From a virus, in IMG/VR virus record IMGVR_UViG_3300045988_125874: DNA of 64,000 bases; one strand, written 5' to 3'. Below, piece after piece: positions 47,111 to 55,487 of this stretch (position 1 is the first letter of the stretch; each line of letters starts with the position of its first letter). The position numbers and the translations under genes were made by a program. The notes under the pieces were generated by a model. The model worked only from the letters and a program-made list of their open reading frames with translations. It did not search any database and had not been told where the DNA came from.

Positions 47111-47668
47111 CTATGCTTTTATAGAGTCGTTAATGTATGATGCCAACATTTCTCCTAATGTATGAAAACGTCTCAAACCTGCTAAAACAAGACTACCGCT
47201 CATTCCACTGTGACCTTGTTTAAAGAATAAAGATCGGCATATTTCAAATCTTTCCAACTCTTCTTTGGATGTATCATTCAATATCTCAATAAATGTCAAC
47301 CAGCAGTCAAGTTCCATGCCATGATACAGGTCATTCAATCTGATAGGGACGATTTCATCCCAGTATTCTAAATGTTCTTCCGGGATGATGCCCCTTGCAC
47401 GGTTTCTGTAATCTTCAGTTAATTGAGGAATTTTAGCTTTGAACTCCGCTTCCTTACGATCATACTCTTCATGCATTTTGCGGATATATCCATCGTGTTC
47501 CGCTTTTGACTTACCGGTCACTTTTATATACACTTCATCGAGAGAATCAGTAGAATACAACGTTTTCTCGTTAAATTCACCATAACATGGTGCATTGTCC
47601 TGCAATTCTTGATATGCTTTATCAAGATTGATTCCTGGGTAAAATTCAATCTTCTTCATTGGTTTCAT
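47111..47668 (-). CDS. Hypothetical protein (185 aa)
   Basis: ORF track. Confidence 0.55.
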   Translation of the reverse strand: MKPMKKIEFYPGINLDKAYQELQDNAPCYGEFNEKTLYSTDSLDEVYIKVTGKSKAEHDGYIRKMHEEYDRKEAEFKAKIPQLTEDYRNRARGIIPEEHLEYWDEIVPIRLNDLYHGMELDCWLTFIEILNDTSKEELERFEICRSLFFKQGHSGMSGSLVLAGLRRFHTLGEMLASYINDSIKA

Positions 47669-47861
47669 TAAAATAATTAATCATATCTTCATATTCTTCA
47701 CTGGATATTTCTTTATAGAAGGTGATAATACAAAATTCCAGAGAATCACCTTGCACAAACTTAAGTCTTTCAAGTATATTAAATCGTCCATTATCAGTGC
47801 AGCATACTGCATGACCTATTGTTTTACCACGTTGGTAAGTATAGTAATAGTACTTTTCCAT
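47646..47861 (-). CDS. Hypothetical protein (71 aa)
   Basis: ORF track. Confidence 0.5.
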   Translation of the reverse strand: MEKYYYYTYQRGKTIGHAVCCTDNGRFNILERLKFVQGDSLEFCIITFYKEISSEEYEDMINYFNETNEED

Positions 47862-47862
47862 T

Positions 47863-48198
47863 TTATTTCTCCTTCTTTAATTCTTTAATAAGAGCATCAG
47901 CAAATATAACTGCGGCACGTGCAATATTAGTTTGAATTTGTCTTTGACCATGCTCTGCTCCCTCACATAAAACCTGATGATAGAAATCTTCATTTGACAT
48001 TATTGCAGTAACTGTTTCCTTTGCTATTTCATAACGTCTCTGTTCCCAATCAATATTATCAGACCTTTCTTGAAGTATTTCAACATCATCAAAACTTAAT
48101 TCAATAGGATTACCGTAACTATCACACTTATCAAGTGTGACACGTGCGTAATCAGCAATATTGATAATTTCTCCAGTTTCTTTTACTCTTACTTTCAT
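47863..48198 (-). CDS. Hypothetical protein, paralog of 39430-39720
   Basis: See 39430-39720. Confidence 0.55.
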   Translation of the reverse strand: MKVRVKETGEIINIADYARVTLDKCDSYGNPIELSFDDVEILQERSDNIDWEQRRYEIAKETVTAIMSNEDFYHQVLCEGAEHGQRQIQTNIARAAVIFADALIKELKKEK

Positions 48199-48200
48199 AA

Positions 48201-48626
48201 CTATTCTTTAGTTTTAATACATCCGTTTTCAATACACCAGCAAAGCATCTCGTAGGCTGCATTCAATGGATTTTCTGCCAATTTAGAAACAAATGGTTCA
48301 CATATTCCTATCTGATAACTTATACGCCAAGGTCCAGCAAAAGTAGATTCAATGTGCAGCTTATATTTTGCACCAAAGTCATTTATGTATCGCGGTAACT
48401 TGCCGAGAATATCCTGCAAGGTGTAAGTAGGAATTGATTCATACGACATAAACCCACAAGTTTGAAATGCCTTATGCAAGCTCAAAAACCATTTACCTTT
48501 TGATTTGTCATCAATACGGATTCCATGCGACACTCTCGCCCAATACATACTTGCATCACTTGTGTCCAATCTAAGTTCCTGTAAATGTTTCATCTGTTCG
48601 ACTGATAATACTTGTTTTGATTTCAT
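48201..48626 (-). CDS. Hypothetical protein (141 aa)
   Basis: ORF track. Confidence 0.55.
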   Translation of the reverse strand: MKSKQVLSVEQMKHLQELRLDTSDASMYWARVSHGIRIDDKSKGKWFLSLHKAFQTCGFMSYESIPTYTLQDILGKLPRYINDFGAKYKLHIESTFAGPWRISYQIGICEPFVSKLAENPLNAAYEMLCWCIENGCIKTKE

Positions 48627-48628
48627 AG

Positions 48629-48829
48629 TTATTCCTCCTTATTTAAATCTTCACAATGCAACTTATAAGCATAGGCAAACATCTTCAAAGTAATAGGTTC
48701 AAAGTGAAAGTCTGCCTGCTTGCCCTCTACCACAACAGAGACACACAAATCTCCATCACAAAAATCAATATATGCCACAGCATCATCATTTCCCTTGATA
48801 GAAAGGGTTTGTGTCTGTACGCTATCCAT
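48629..48829 (-). CDS. Hypothetical protein (66 aa)
   Basis: ORF track. Confidence 0.45.
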   Translation of the reverse strand: MDSVQTQTLSIKGNDDAVAYIDFCDGDLCVSVVVEGKQADFHFEPITLKMFAYAYKLHCEDLNKEE

Positions 48830-49208
48830 GGTTCACCTCCTTCTCTTTAATCCGTTCTAGTACATCTCTGTTGGCTTCGAGTATATCATCGAAAGACGGA
48901 ATAGGTAACCAGGCTTTTATTACGCCTTCATCGTAAAATAGATGAGGATAATCCCTAGTTGATACAAACTTATTCCATCTTTTAAAGAAATAAACTTTCT
49001 CAACGACATCACCGTCAGTAACAAAGTAACACCCATCCTCTTCCGGCAACCGCTCCTTAACGCTTATCCAAGGCGATTGCTTTGACTGCCATTGTGCACC
49101 TTGTCTGAATGCCTCTTTAACCAACCTCATTTCTAAGCTATTATCGTATTGGCATTCATAACAATCTTCTGCCGCTTCTTTTGCTGCTTCTTCCAATGTC
49201 TGTTTCAT
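48822..49208 (-). CDS. DUF551-like protein (fusion-equivalent of 40066-40293 plus 39723-40064)
   Basis: MKQTLEEAAK... start, then SPWISVKERLP and the tail PIPSFDDILEANRDVLERIKEK. Confidence 0.6.
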   Translation of the reverse strand: MKQTLEEAAKEAAEDCYECQYDNSLEMRLVKEAFRQGAQWQSKQSPWISVKERLPEEDGCYFVTDGDVVEKVYFFKRWNKFVSTRDYPHLFYDEGVIKAWLPIPSFDDILEANRDVLERIKEKEVNHG

Positions 49209-49209
49209 A

Positions 49210-49404
49210 CTACTCTGTTTTACGATTTTCTCTTAATTTTTCTTCACTGACGGTCGTATTAGAAATTGTATTTGCATTATTGGGTTTGCAATACAAACAC
49301 ATTTGGGTAAAAGGTGAATATACCCTGCCACACTTCGGACAAATCCAACCTTGCTGCCCGAACACTCCGTTATACGGATTAACTGCGCTTGATTCTTGTT
49401 TCAT
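49210..49404 (-). CDS. Zinc-ribbon protein, paralog of 40875-41090
   Basis: See 40875-41090. Confidence 0.6.
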   Translation of the reverse strand: MKQESSAVNPYNGVFGQQGWICPKCGRVYSPFTQMCLYCKPNNANTISNTTVSEEKLRENRKTE

Positions 49405-49419
49405 AATTTGATATTTTAG

Positions 49420-49641
49420 TTATTTCTTATGATTAAGTCGTTTAATAGCGTCCTTTTTGGAATATGCCATAACTTTCTGTCCTTTTATGGTAAACTCTCT
49501 TAACTCTTTAACTGATGACTTAACTTTATAGTTAGGATTAAAAGTCATTCCTTCTTTACGATTCACAGAGTATGGATCGTTACTTTGTACTGCTGCGCAC
49601 ATCGCTGCTGTTGCCAGTAACATTTGCTTCATTTTACTCAT
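49420..49641 (-). CDS. Hypothetical protein with a hydrophobic N-terminus (possible signal peptide)
   Basis: MSKMKQMLLATAAMCAAVQS...; ATG at 49641 is preferred over the track start. Confidence 0.45.
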   Translation of the reverse strand: MSKMKQMLLATAAMCAAVQSNDPYSVNRKEGMTFNPNYKVKSSVKELREFTIKGQKVMAYSKKDAIKRLNHKK

Positions 49642-49654
49642 ATTCGAATATTTT

Positions 49655-49783
49655 TTAAGAACTATATATAACTTCAAACTCCCATAGAGCAAATATCTGA
49701 TTATCATTAGTCTCTACCCGATTCCAATCAGGTATGATTTTCTTTACTTCAACTTTTTGCCCGTTCTTTAATAATCCGATCAT
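49655..49783 (-). CDS. Small ORF (42 aa, MIGLLKNGQKVEVKKIIPDWNRVETNDNQIF...)
   Basis: Manual translation; below the track cutoff. Confidence 0.35.
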   Translation of the reverse strand: MIGLLKNGQKVEVKKIIPDWNRVETNDNQIFALWEFEVIYSS

Positions 49784-50000
49784 TTTTCTATATTTATTAA
49801 TTACAAAATCATTTTATACACTATTTTTCAACTCTATATTACCTCGAATAATCAAGGATGATAGTTGTTATTTCAAATTGTATGATTCACTTAGAACCAC
49901 TTAAAACCGGTAAAACAGTGACAACCATTTTCAGATTGTCACTGTGTCGATTGGCATCAACTTAATGTGTGGGACGAATCCCCTGACACTACTTTCCTAC

Positions 50001-50201
50001 TTAGTTAGCTCCCATTCGACTAGCGTAATCAAAGTGCTCGACCTGATTACGGGAAGAACGAGAAACCTTTAAGCTATTCGACAGCTCGATTTTCAACTTT
50101 TCGTTTTCAGCTTTTAACCGATAACACTCCGCTCTGTATTGAGAGCATTCTGTGAATGACTTTAACATTGCGAGGTATTGGCTTATTTCTACTTCAATCA
50201 T
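50001..50201 (-). CDS. Hypothetical coiled-coil protein (66 aa)
   Basis: ORF track. Confidence 0.45.
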   Translation of the reverse strand: MIEVEISQYLAMLKSFTECSQYRAECYRLKAENEKLKIELSNSLKVSRSSRNQVEHFDYASRMGAN

Positions 50202-50220
50202 TACTTTATAGTTTATATTA

Positions 50221-50625
50221 TTATCTCATTATACTTCCATTTAGACGCTGTGTGGTTCTTATATAGTCATCCAGTAGTTCATGAAGGATGAAGTCCGGGT
50301 AAACATTGATTGTACCGAAACGCTCGATATTCACTTTGTTGACTGGATACCCTCTTTTCCTACATAAGCGTGCAGCATCATTGCTAAGCTTTGAAATGTC
50401 ACTTACATAGATCGGCAATTTGTATCTTTGGATATATGATGACATTGTAGAACATCCATAGTTACCGATACACTTTGAAGACAACTTTTTTATTTCCTCT
50501 TCGAGTGCGCTTAATCTTAGCTCTGTATTTTTAAGCCTTTTTTCCTGTTCCACATTCGTTTGAGCTAGCTGAAGGATAAGTTCGGCTTGGCTCATTTCAA
50601 CGGTTGAGTTCAAAATATTGTCCAT
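50221..50625 (-). CDS. Hypothetical protein (134 aa), N-terminal coiled coil
   Basis: ORF track; AGAGCAATG start context. Confidence 0.55.
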   Translation of the reverse strand: MDNILNSTVEMSQAELILQLAQTNVEQEKRLKNTELRLSALEEEIKKLSSKCIGNYGCSTMSSYIQRYKLPIYVSDISKLSNDAARLCRKRGYPVNKVNIERFGTINVYPDFILHELLDDYIRTTQRLNGSIMR

Positions 50626-50648
50626 TGCTCTAAATTTTAATGTTCTGA

Positions 50649-50801
50649 TTACTCGGTTATCTCTCTAATTGAAAGTTCAGGGAATCTATCACCTTTCACG
50701 TGCATTGACATGACATACATATAGCAGAAATCAGCTGCCTGTTCGTATGTTTCGAACTTAAATGTTACGCTTGAACCTTTCTTAGAAACTTCGTATTTCA
50801 T
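50649..50801 (-). CDS. Small ORF (50 aa, MKYEVSKKGSSVTFKFETYEQAADFCYMYV...)
   Basis: Manual translation; fills an otherwise empty 200-nt gap. Confidence 0.4.
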   Translation of the reverse strand: MKYEVSKKGSSVTFKFETYEQAADFCYMYVMSMHVKGDRFPELSIREITE

Positions 50802-50831
50802 TGTTTTATGTTTTAAAGTGTTAGTTATATC

Positions 50832-51143
50832 TTAATCACCTACGTAGCGTGAACCGAATCTAGCAGTACTGTTTACATTGTAATAAGCTGATACTGGAAT
50901 GTTCTTGTTATTGTAGCCTTCGTGCATTGTAGCCTTAGCAGCTTTGCTCATCGCTTCTTCTCTTTCTGCCAAGAATTTATCAGTTCTTTCCTTTACCGCT
51001 TCTACTGTGAAGTTAGCTTGGAGTTTTGCAAGTTTCCATGCTGACTTTAAACATTCACCAAAGGTCTTACCTTGCTTCTTACCTGAATACTTGTAGTTTC
51101 TGTGAGCGTTTTTCATTATCTCTGATAAATTGTAGCGTTTCAT
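50832..51143 (-). CDS. Hypothetical basic protein (103 aa)
   Basis: ORF track. Confidence 0.55.
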   Translation of the reverse strand: MKRYNLSEIMKNAHRNYKYSGKKQGKTFGECLKSAWKLAKLQANFTVEAVKERTDKFLAEREEAMSKAAKATMHEGYNNKNIPVSAYYNVNSTARFGSRYVGD

Positions 51144-51245
51144 ATTCTTTTTATTTATGAGTTATTTTTGATGATGTAAAACTACATTATAATGCCGTAT
51201 TTACCAAACAAATACAGCATTTAATTACCTATTTAGCTTTAATTA

Positions 51246-51287
51246 ACGATATTATAATATCGTACTATCATTAAAATACTACATTTG
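51246..51287 (+). promoter_or_regulatory. Perfect 18-bp palindrome ACGATATTATAATATCGT (operator) plus -7 box TACATTTG for the XRE gene
   Basis: Palindrome at 51246-51263; TAnnTTTG at 51280-51287, 21 nt upstream of the ATG at 51308. Confidence 0.6.
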
Positions 51288-51307
51288 CATACATAAAACT
51301 TAATATT

Positions 51308-51595
51308 ATGGAGCTAAGAGTAAAAGAAATTACAAAATCAAAGGGACTTACAATGCAGCAACTTTCTGAAAAGTTGGGAGTTACTCGTGATACATTAACA
51401 AGGAATGTGAACGGAAATCCTACCATTGAGACCCTTTCCAAAATAGCAACCGCATTAGAAGTACCTATATGGCAATTATTAGCGTCCCCGGAAGAGGTGC
51501 AGCTTCCCTCAAACGCCCATTCTATCAAATGCCCACACTGCGGAAACGAGTTCCCGGTTAGTGTGAATGTTGAACTTAAAACACGAGACGACTAA
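51308..51595 (+). CDS. XRE-family HTH regulator with a C-terminal CxxC element
   Basis: LTMQQLSEKLGVTRDTLTRNVNGNPTIETLSKIATALEVPIWQLL; KCPHCGNEF. Confidence 0.75.
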   Translation: MELRVKEITKSKGLTMQQLSEKLGVTRDTLTRNVNGNPTIETLSKIATALEVPIWQLLASPEEVQLPSNAHSIKCPHCGNEFPVSVNVELKTRDD

Positions 51596-51613
51596 AAAAT
51601 AAATAGTACTTCT

Positions 51614-52039
51614 ATGGAAGCAAAAGAATTAAGGTTAGGAAACTATGTAAAGCTGTCGAAAGATCACCAGTACGTAGGAATTAAGATACCTGCCGGTACT
51701 ATATGCAAAGTAGAAACTATCGAACCTAGCTCTTTGTACTTACAATGTCATGTAAATGGTGGAACTTTCTACGGTGAAGTTCCTATTTCTATGGTAGAAC
51801 CTATTTCTCTCACAGAAGGATTGCTGTTAAAGTGCGGATTTAATGTCGAGTATTATGAATTCCAAATAAAAGAACAACGATTATTGACTATAGAAGATTT
51901 CTGGATACTATATAATACTCGTACTAACTTCTATGGAGTAATGCGCTCTAACAGAGTTTTTAAGCAAATAGAATATCTGAATCAACTCCAAAATATATAC
52001 TTTAATTTGACTAGGATAGAGTTGGAAGTAATTCTATAA
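51614..52039 (+). CDS. Hypothetical protein (141 aa)
   Basis: ORF track; co-directional with the XRE gene. Confidence 0.55.
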   Translation: MEAKELRLGNYVKLSKDHQYVGIKIPAGTICKVETIEPSSLYLQCHVNGGTFYGEVPISMVEPISLTEGLLLKCGFNVEYYEFQIKEQRLLTIEDFWILYNTRTNFYGVMRSNRVFKQIEYLNQLQNIYFNLTRIELEVIL

Positions 52040-52094
52040 TTAACATACATCTTTTTACGATATTAATATAAATGTAAAATTTAAATTCAATAGT

Positions 52095-52757
52095 ATGAAA
52101 AAGCTCCTAATCGTATTAATGTTTATTGTACCACTCTTTGCAAATGCGCAAGAATATGGCAATTTGACATCTAAAGATTCATTGAATATAAACATGGATT
52201 CTTTACAGTCTGTTGTTGATTCTATAATGGAAGTCAAATTAAAAAAAGAGCAAATAACAACTATTGGTGGAATACCTTTTGGAATTTCCAGAGAAAAAGC
52301 CCTACCTGTATTAAGAAACAAATATGGGACGGAAGATTATCTTTCCGACAATAAAGACATAGTCTTTAAAAACATAAAATATGCCGGTGTAGATTTTAAC
52401 TCCGTACATTTCCTTTTTCAATCAGATGGTATTAATAACTATTTTAATGCTTGCATATTTATCCTAAACGCAAAAACGGAAAAAGAAGCCATTGACAAAC
52501 AAGAAGAAATGAGAGAACTTTTATCTAAAAAATACGATTTATCTTCTTTTAAGGATGACAATGGATTCGACTTATACGTTGGAGGTGTATCCCCATTATG
52601 GAACGGTCGTTGGAAATCGTTTTTAGAAGGAGGGTATGAAGGGGCTGTCCATATAGATATAATTAATTATAGCAAAGAAGTAGCAAAAAATGCTGGATTT
52701 GAATATTCTGTCCGTATAATTTATGGTCCTTTCGATTACGTAAAAGAAGAATTTTGA
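52095..52757 (+). CDS. Secreted protein of unknown function (signal peptide)
   Basis: MKKLLIVLMFIVPLFANAQE signal peptide. Confidence 0.6.
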   Translation: MKKLLIVLMFIVPLFANAQEYGNLTSKDSLNINMDSLQSVVDSIMEVKLKKEQITTIGGIPFGISREKALPVLRNKYGTEDYLSDNKDIVFKNIKYAGVDFNSVHFLFQSDGINNYFNACIFILNAKTEKEAIDKQEEMRELLSKKYDLSSFKDDNGFDLYVGGVSPLWNGRWKSFLEGGYEGAVHIDIINYSKEVAKNAGFEYSVRIIYGPFDYVKEEF

Positions 52758-52853
52758 GTCTGAATGTATTAGAAATTACCGTCTGGATACTTGCTCTTAT
52801 CGTGTCTATTATAGCCTTATTTATAAGTTGTACTGCAATGTATAGATGAATAT

Positions 52854-52882
52854 AAGGGATGCAAATGCATCCCTTTATTTAT
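52854..52882 (+). terminator. Rho-independent terminator
   Basis: aagggatgca / tgcatccctt stem followed by tatttat. Confidence 0.65.
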
Positions 52883-52995
52883 ATTAGCTAAGAATTAATA
52901 AGATTAATGATCCCTTGCCTGCCAATTCCGGTAATCTTTCTATGGTAGATAATATGACCATTGTCTGCAACCTCTTGCTTTATATCAAACCATTA

Positions 52996-53535
52996 CTATT
53001 TAAAGTTATATTTAGACAGTATATACTTTATATCTTCATCAGATAAATGATACCATTCCCCACGTATATGCTTAATAGAAAAATAATCGTGAAGTTCTTT
53101 CTCAACCAATTTATCACATACTTTGAATAAAGAGATTGTCGGTTTTTCAGATTGCAACGTGCGTTCTCTTTTTTTAGGATTTACAGACTTCCCAATTTTT
53201 GTAAATCCTGTATTTTCATCTTTCATAAGATAAGTTTGGCATTTGCTTTTCTTATAAGAATGCTTTTTCTGTAATTTCAACGCCGTATTTGCACTCATTA
53301 CAGCATCGCGTAACAACCAATAATATTTGTTACCAATAGATAAGCAATCAAGCAATAATATAAGTTTTTTACTAAATTCATCGTTTTTTGAATTATAGGC
53401 CATAGCCAACAATTCATAAACATTAAAAGAACATTCTCCTTCTTCGTCTTTATAAATTAATAATGGTTCTTCACTTGTTCCGGCTACTCTAACTTCACCA
53501 AACGATTCATTCTTAAAAATCTGAATGTTGTCCAT
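52996..53535 (-). CDS. Bro-N-like N-terminus + T5orf172 (GIY-YIG superfamily) domain protein
   Basis: IQIFKNESFGEVRVAG (Bro-N-like). YLMKDENTGFTKIGKSVNPKKRERTLQ...EKELHDYFSIKHIRGEWYHLS (T5orf172). ATG at 53535. Confidence 0.6.
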   Translation of the reverse strand: MDNIQIFKNESFGEVRVAGTSEEPLLIYKDEEGECSFNVYELLAMAYNSKNDEFSKKLILLLDCLSIGNKYYWLLRDAVMSANTALKLQKKHSYKKSKCQTYLMKDENTGFTKIGKSVNPKKRERTLQSEKPTISLFKVCDKLVEKELHDYFSIKHIRGEWYHLSDEDIKYILSKYNFK

Positions 53536-53846
53536 AATAATGTCTTTTCGTTCGAGGACGTACCGCACTTCTTCATGCGGAGATAAAAAGGCGAAAGCCA
53601 TGCAGGGGGTTGTGACCTACACAGCTTTCTATATCTTAATCCTCTGATTAATTCTAATTTTAATAAGTACAACCCAACGCATTGCAAATATAATAATAAT
53701 TTTTAAAAGTGATTATACGATCAACAATCAACATATTCTTTTAACTATTTATGCTTTGCTTCTCAAATGAAATTGCTAACTTTGCATTAAAATGCATATA
53801 TTTGAATATGCAATTATATAATTAGTAACCAAGAACCCTAAACAAA

Positions 53847-54374
53847 ATGACAAAATTTGAACAACAAAAAATCATAGAAATAGTACTTTATATCCTTAAT
53901 AAAACTGGGGGTATGGACTATTATCATTTGTTCAAGATATTATATTTTGCCAATCAACGAAGCTTGGTTGACTGGGGGCAACTGATGATAGCGGATAAAT
54001 TTTGCGCTCTTCCCCATGGACCAGTACCAACAATTTTGTATAGTACAATACAAGGGCAAAAAAGCGTTCTTTCAAAAATGACAGATGATGTTCATGTTGT
54101 AGATTACTATCTATTATCTAAACGTGAACCTGATATGGATTATCTTTCACAATATGATAAAGACACTTTAGATTTATGCATTTCCAAATACGGGAAAATG
54201 AGTTTTAAGGAGTTGGAAAAAACTTCTCATACAACTTGTTGGCAAAAAGCGAGAGACAAAAAGGGAAATCATGTTATTGATCCGGGGGATATTGCCCTTG
54301 ATGGAGGAGCTAATGATGAACTTGTAAAATATATTAATGATTCAATAGCATTTGATGAAACCTTCGGAAATTAA
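53847..54374 (+). CDS. DUF4065 / Panacea-domain antitoxin (SocA/PanA-like)
   Basis: KIIEIVLYILNKTGGMDYYHLFKILYFANQRSLVDWGQLMIADKFCALPHGPVPTILY matches the DUF4065 pattern. Confidence 0.7.
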   Translation: MTKFEQQKIIEIVLYILNKTGGMDYYHLFKILYFANQRSLVDWGQLMIADKFCALPHGPVPTILYSTIQGQKSVLSKMTDDVHVVDYYLLSKREPDMDYLSQYDKDTLDLCISKYGKMSFKELEKTSHTTCWQKARDKKGNHVIDPGDIALDGGANDELVKYINDSIAFDETFGN

Positions 54375-54771
54375 GATAGGAGATGTGTTTTGCGTTACGA
54401 TGAACAAGGCCAATGGAGTAGTACCCAAACCCGGAGATGCCAGTCGTGATAAATTTTTTGTAGTACTTGGCTTTGATAACGATGGAAACGTTTATGGTGG
54501 TGTCATCTTTAACTCCTTTATTAATATGAATCTGCCACCTAATGTACGAGCAATGCAGCATCTTATAAAAGGGGAAAGTTATGATTTCCTTTCATATGAT
54601 AGCTACATAGATTGTTCTTCAATTAAAATAGTAAAGAAGAACAAACTTCTTAAAAGTACTAGTTTAGGCACATTGGAGGAGAAAGATATTACTCTTGTTT
54701 GTGATAAGATAAAGAGTAATTCTCGAATCAATAAAGCCGAATTAAAAAGATTCGGACTAATTGATAAATAA
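54352..54771 (+). CDS. Putative cognate toxin (PemK/MazF-like SH3-fold suspected)
   Basis: 23-nt overlap with the antitoxin gene. IKIGDVFCVTM...GDASRDKFFVVLG...GGVIFNS resembles the MazF/PemK N-terminal pattern. Confidence 0.45.
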   Translation: MMKPSEIKIGDVFCVTMNKANGVVPKPGDASRDKFFVVLGFDNDGNVYGGVIFNSFINMNLPPNVRAMQHLIKGESYDFLSYDSYIDCSSIKIVKKNKLLKSTSLGTLEEKDITLVCDKIKSNSRINKAELKRFGLIDK

Positions 54772-54798
54772 AGCCAGACATTACATCTGGCTTTATTT
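54771..54798 (+). terminator. Rho-independent terminator
   Basis: aagccaga / tctggctt stem followed by tatttatt. Confidence 0.65.
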
Positions 54799-54890
54799 AT
54801 TCCAATGCAGTAATAAGGCAGATTAAAAGCTGAAAACAAAATGTCAAAGAACGATTTGCCGAATAGGAGCTGAGCCAATCGACACAGGTT

Positions 54891-55043
54891 TTATTTGTCT
54901 AAACCAATTTGTCTGGACAGCATCTCGCATAAAGCTTCTAGCTGTCCCAATATATATGGTTTTATATCCTCACTACAGTTACTTGTAAATGCAACAAGAT
55001 TCTCTGATAGCTTATGCCATTCTTCTAACTCATTCGGTTTCAT
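54891..55043 (-). CDS. Small ORF (50 aa, MKPNELEEWHKLSENLVAFTSNCSEDIKPY...)
   Basis: Manual translation; downstream of the VRR-NUC gene on the same strand. Confidence 0.35.
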   Translation of the reverse strand: MKPNELEEWHKLSENLVAFTSNCSEDIKPYILGQLEALCEMLSRQIGLDK

Positions 55044-55079
55044 AAGTCTCAATCTTTAAAATTTGCGAAACAACCATAA

Positions 55080-55487
55080 CTACATGTTATTCAAATAATC
55101 AGTTACCACTTTAATGAAATCGTCAAGAGAACGGCAGACAACATATTTATTCCCAGCCGCTTCACATTCCTTTTGCCATTCTTTTTGTACTGTTCTTTGG
55201 TACTCACCTGGCTTTTTCATTTCTATACACAAAGCACCGTAGAAACGATTACTTTTAAGAAGTATCAGATCTGCAACTCCCGAAAGCATCCCTTCTTCTT
55301 TCATGTATGCCCCGTTTCTAGCACTTCTTCTTGCTGCATTAGGAACAGCAAATAAGATGTTTCTTAATTGGGGGTATTGGAGGCGAAACCATCTAATACA
55401 AGATGCTTGTATCTTATGTTCTTCACTTTTCGGCTTTCTACGAATATTGGTTCCGCAATATTTAGCTTTCATTTCTTCGTATGTCAT
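55080..55487 (-). CDS. VRR-NUC domain nuclease
   Basis: EEHKIQASCIRWFRLQYP...FAVPNAARRS...GVADLILLKSNRFYGALCIEMKKPG...QKEWQ. Confidence 0.75.
   Translation of the reverse strand: MTYEEMKAKYCGTNIRRKPKSEEHKIQASCIRWFRLQYPQLRNILFAVPNAARRSARNGAYMKEEGMLSGVADLILLKSNRFYGALCIEMKKPGEYQRTVQKEWQKECEAAGNKYVVCRSLDDFIKVVTDYLNNM

Noticed and set aside
49960-49990. GGGACGAATCCCC resembling a tRNA T-arm.
   Set aside because: The loop is 4 nt and no cloverleaf can be built around it. It is a simple hairpin.
54603-54878. Minus-strand 91-aa ORF.
   Set aside because: It overlaps the toxin-candidate gene and its terminator in antisense, and its translation is low-complexity.
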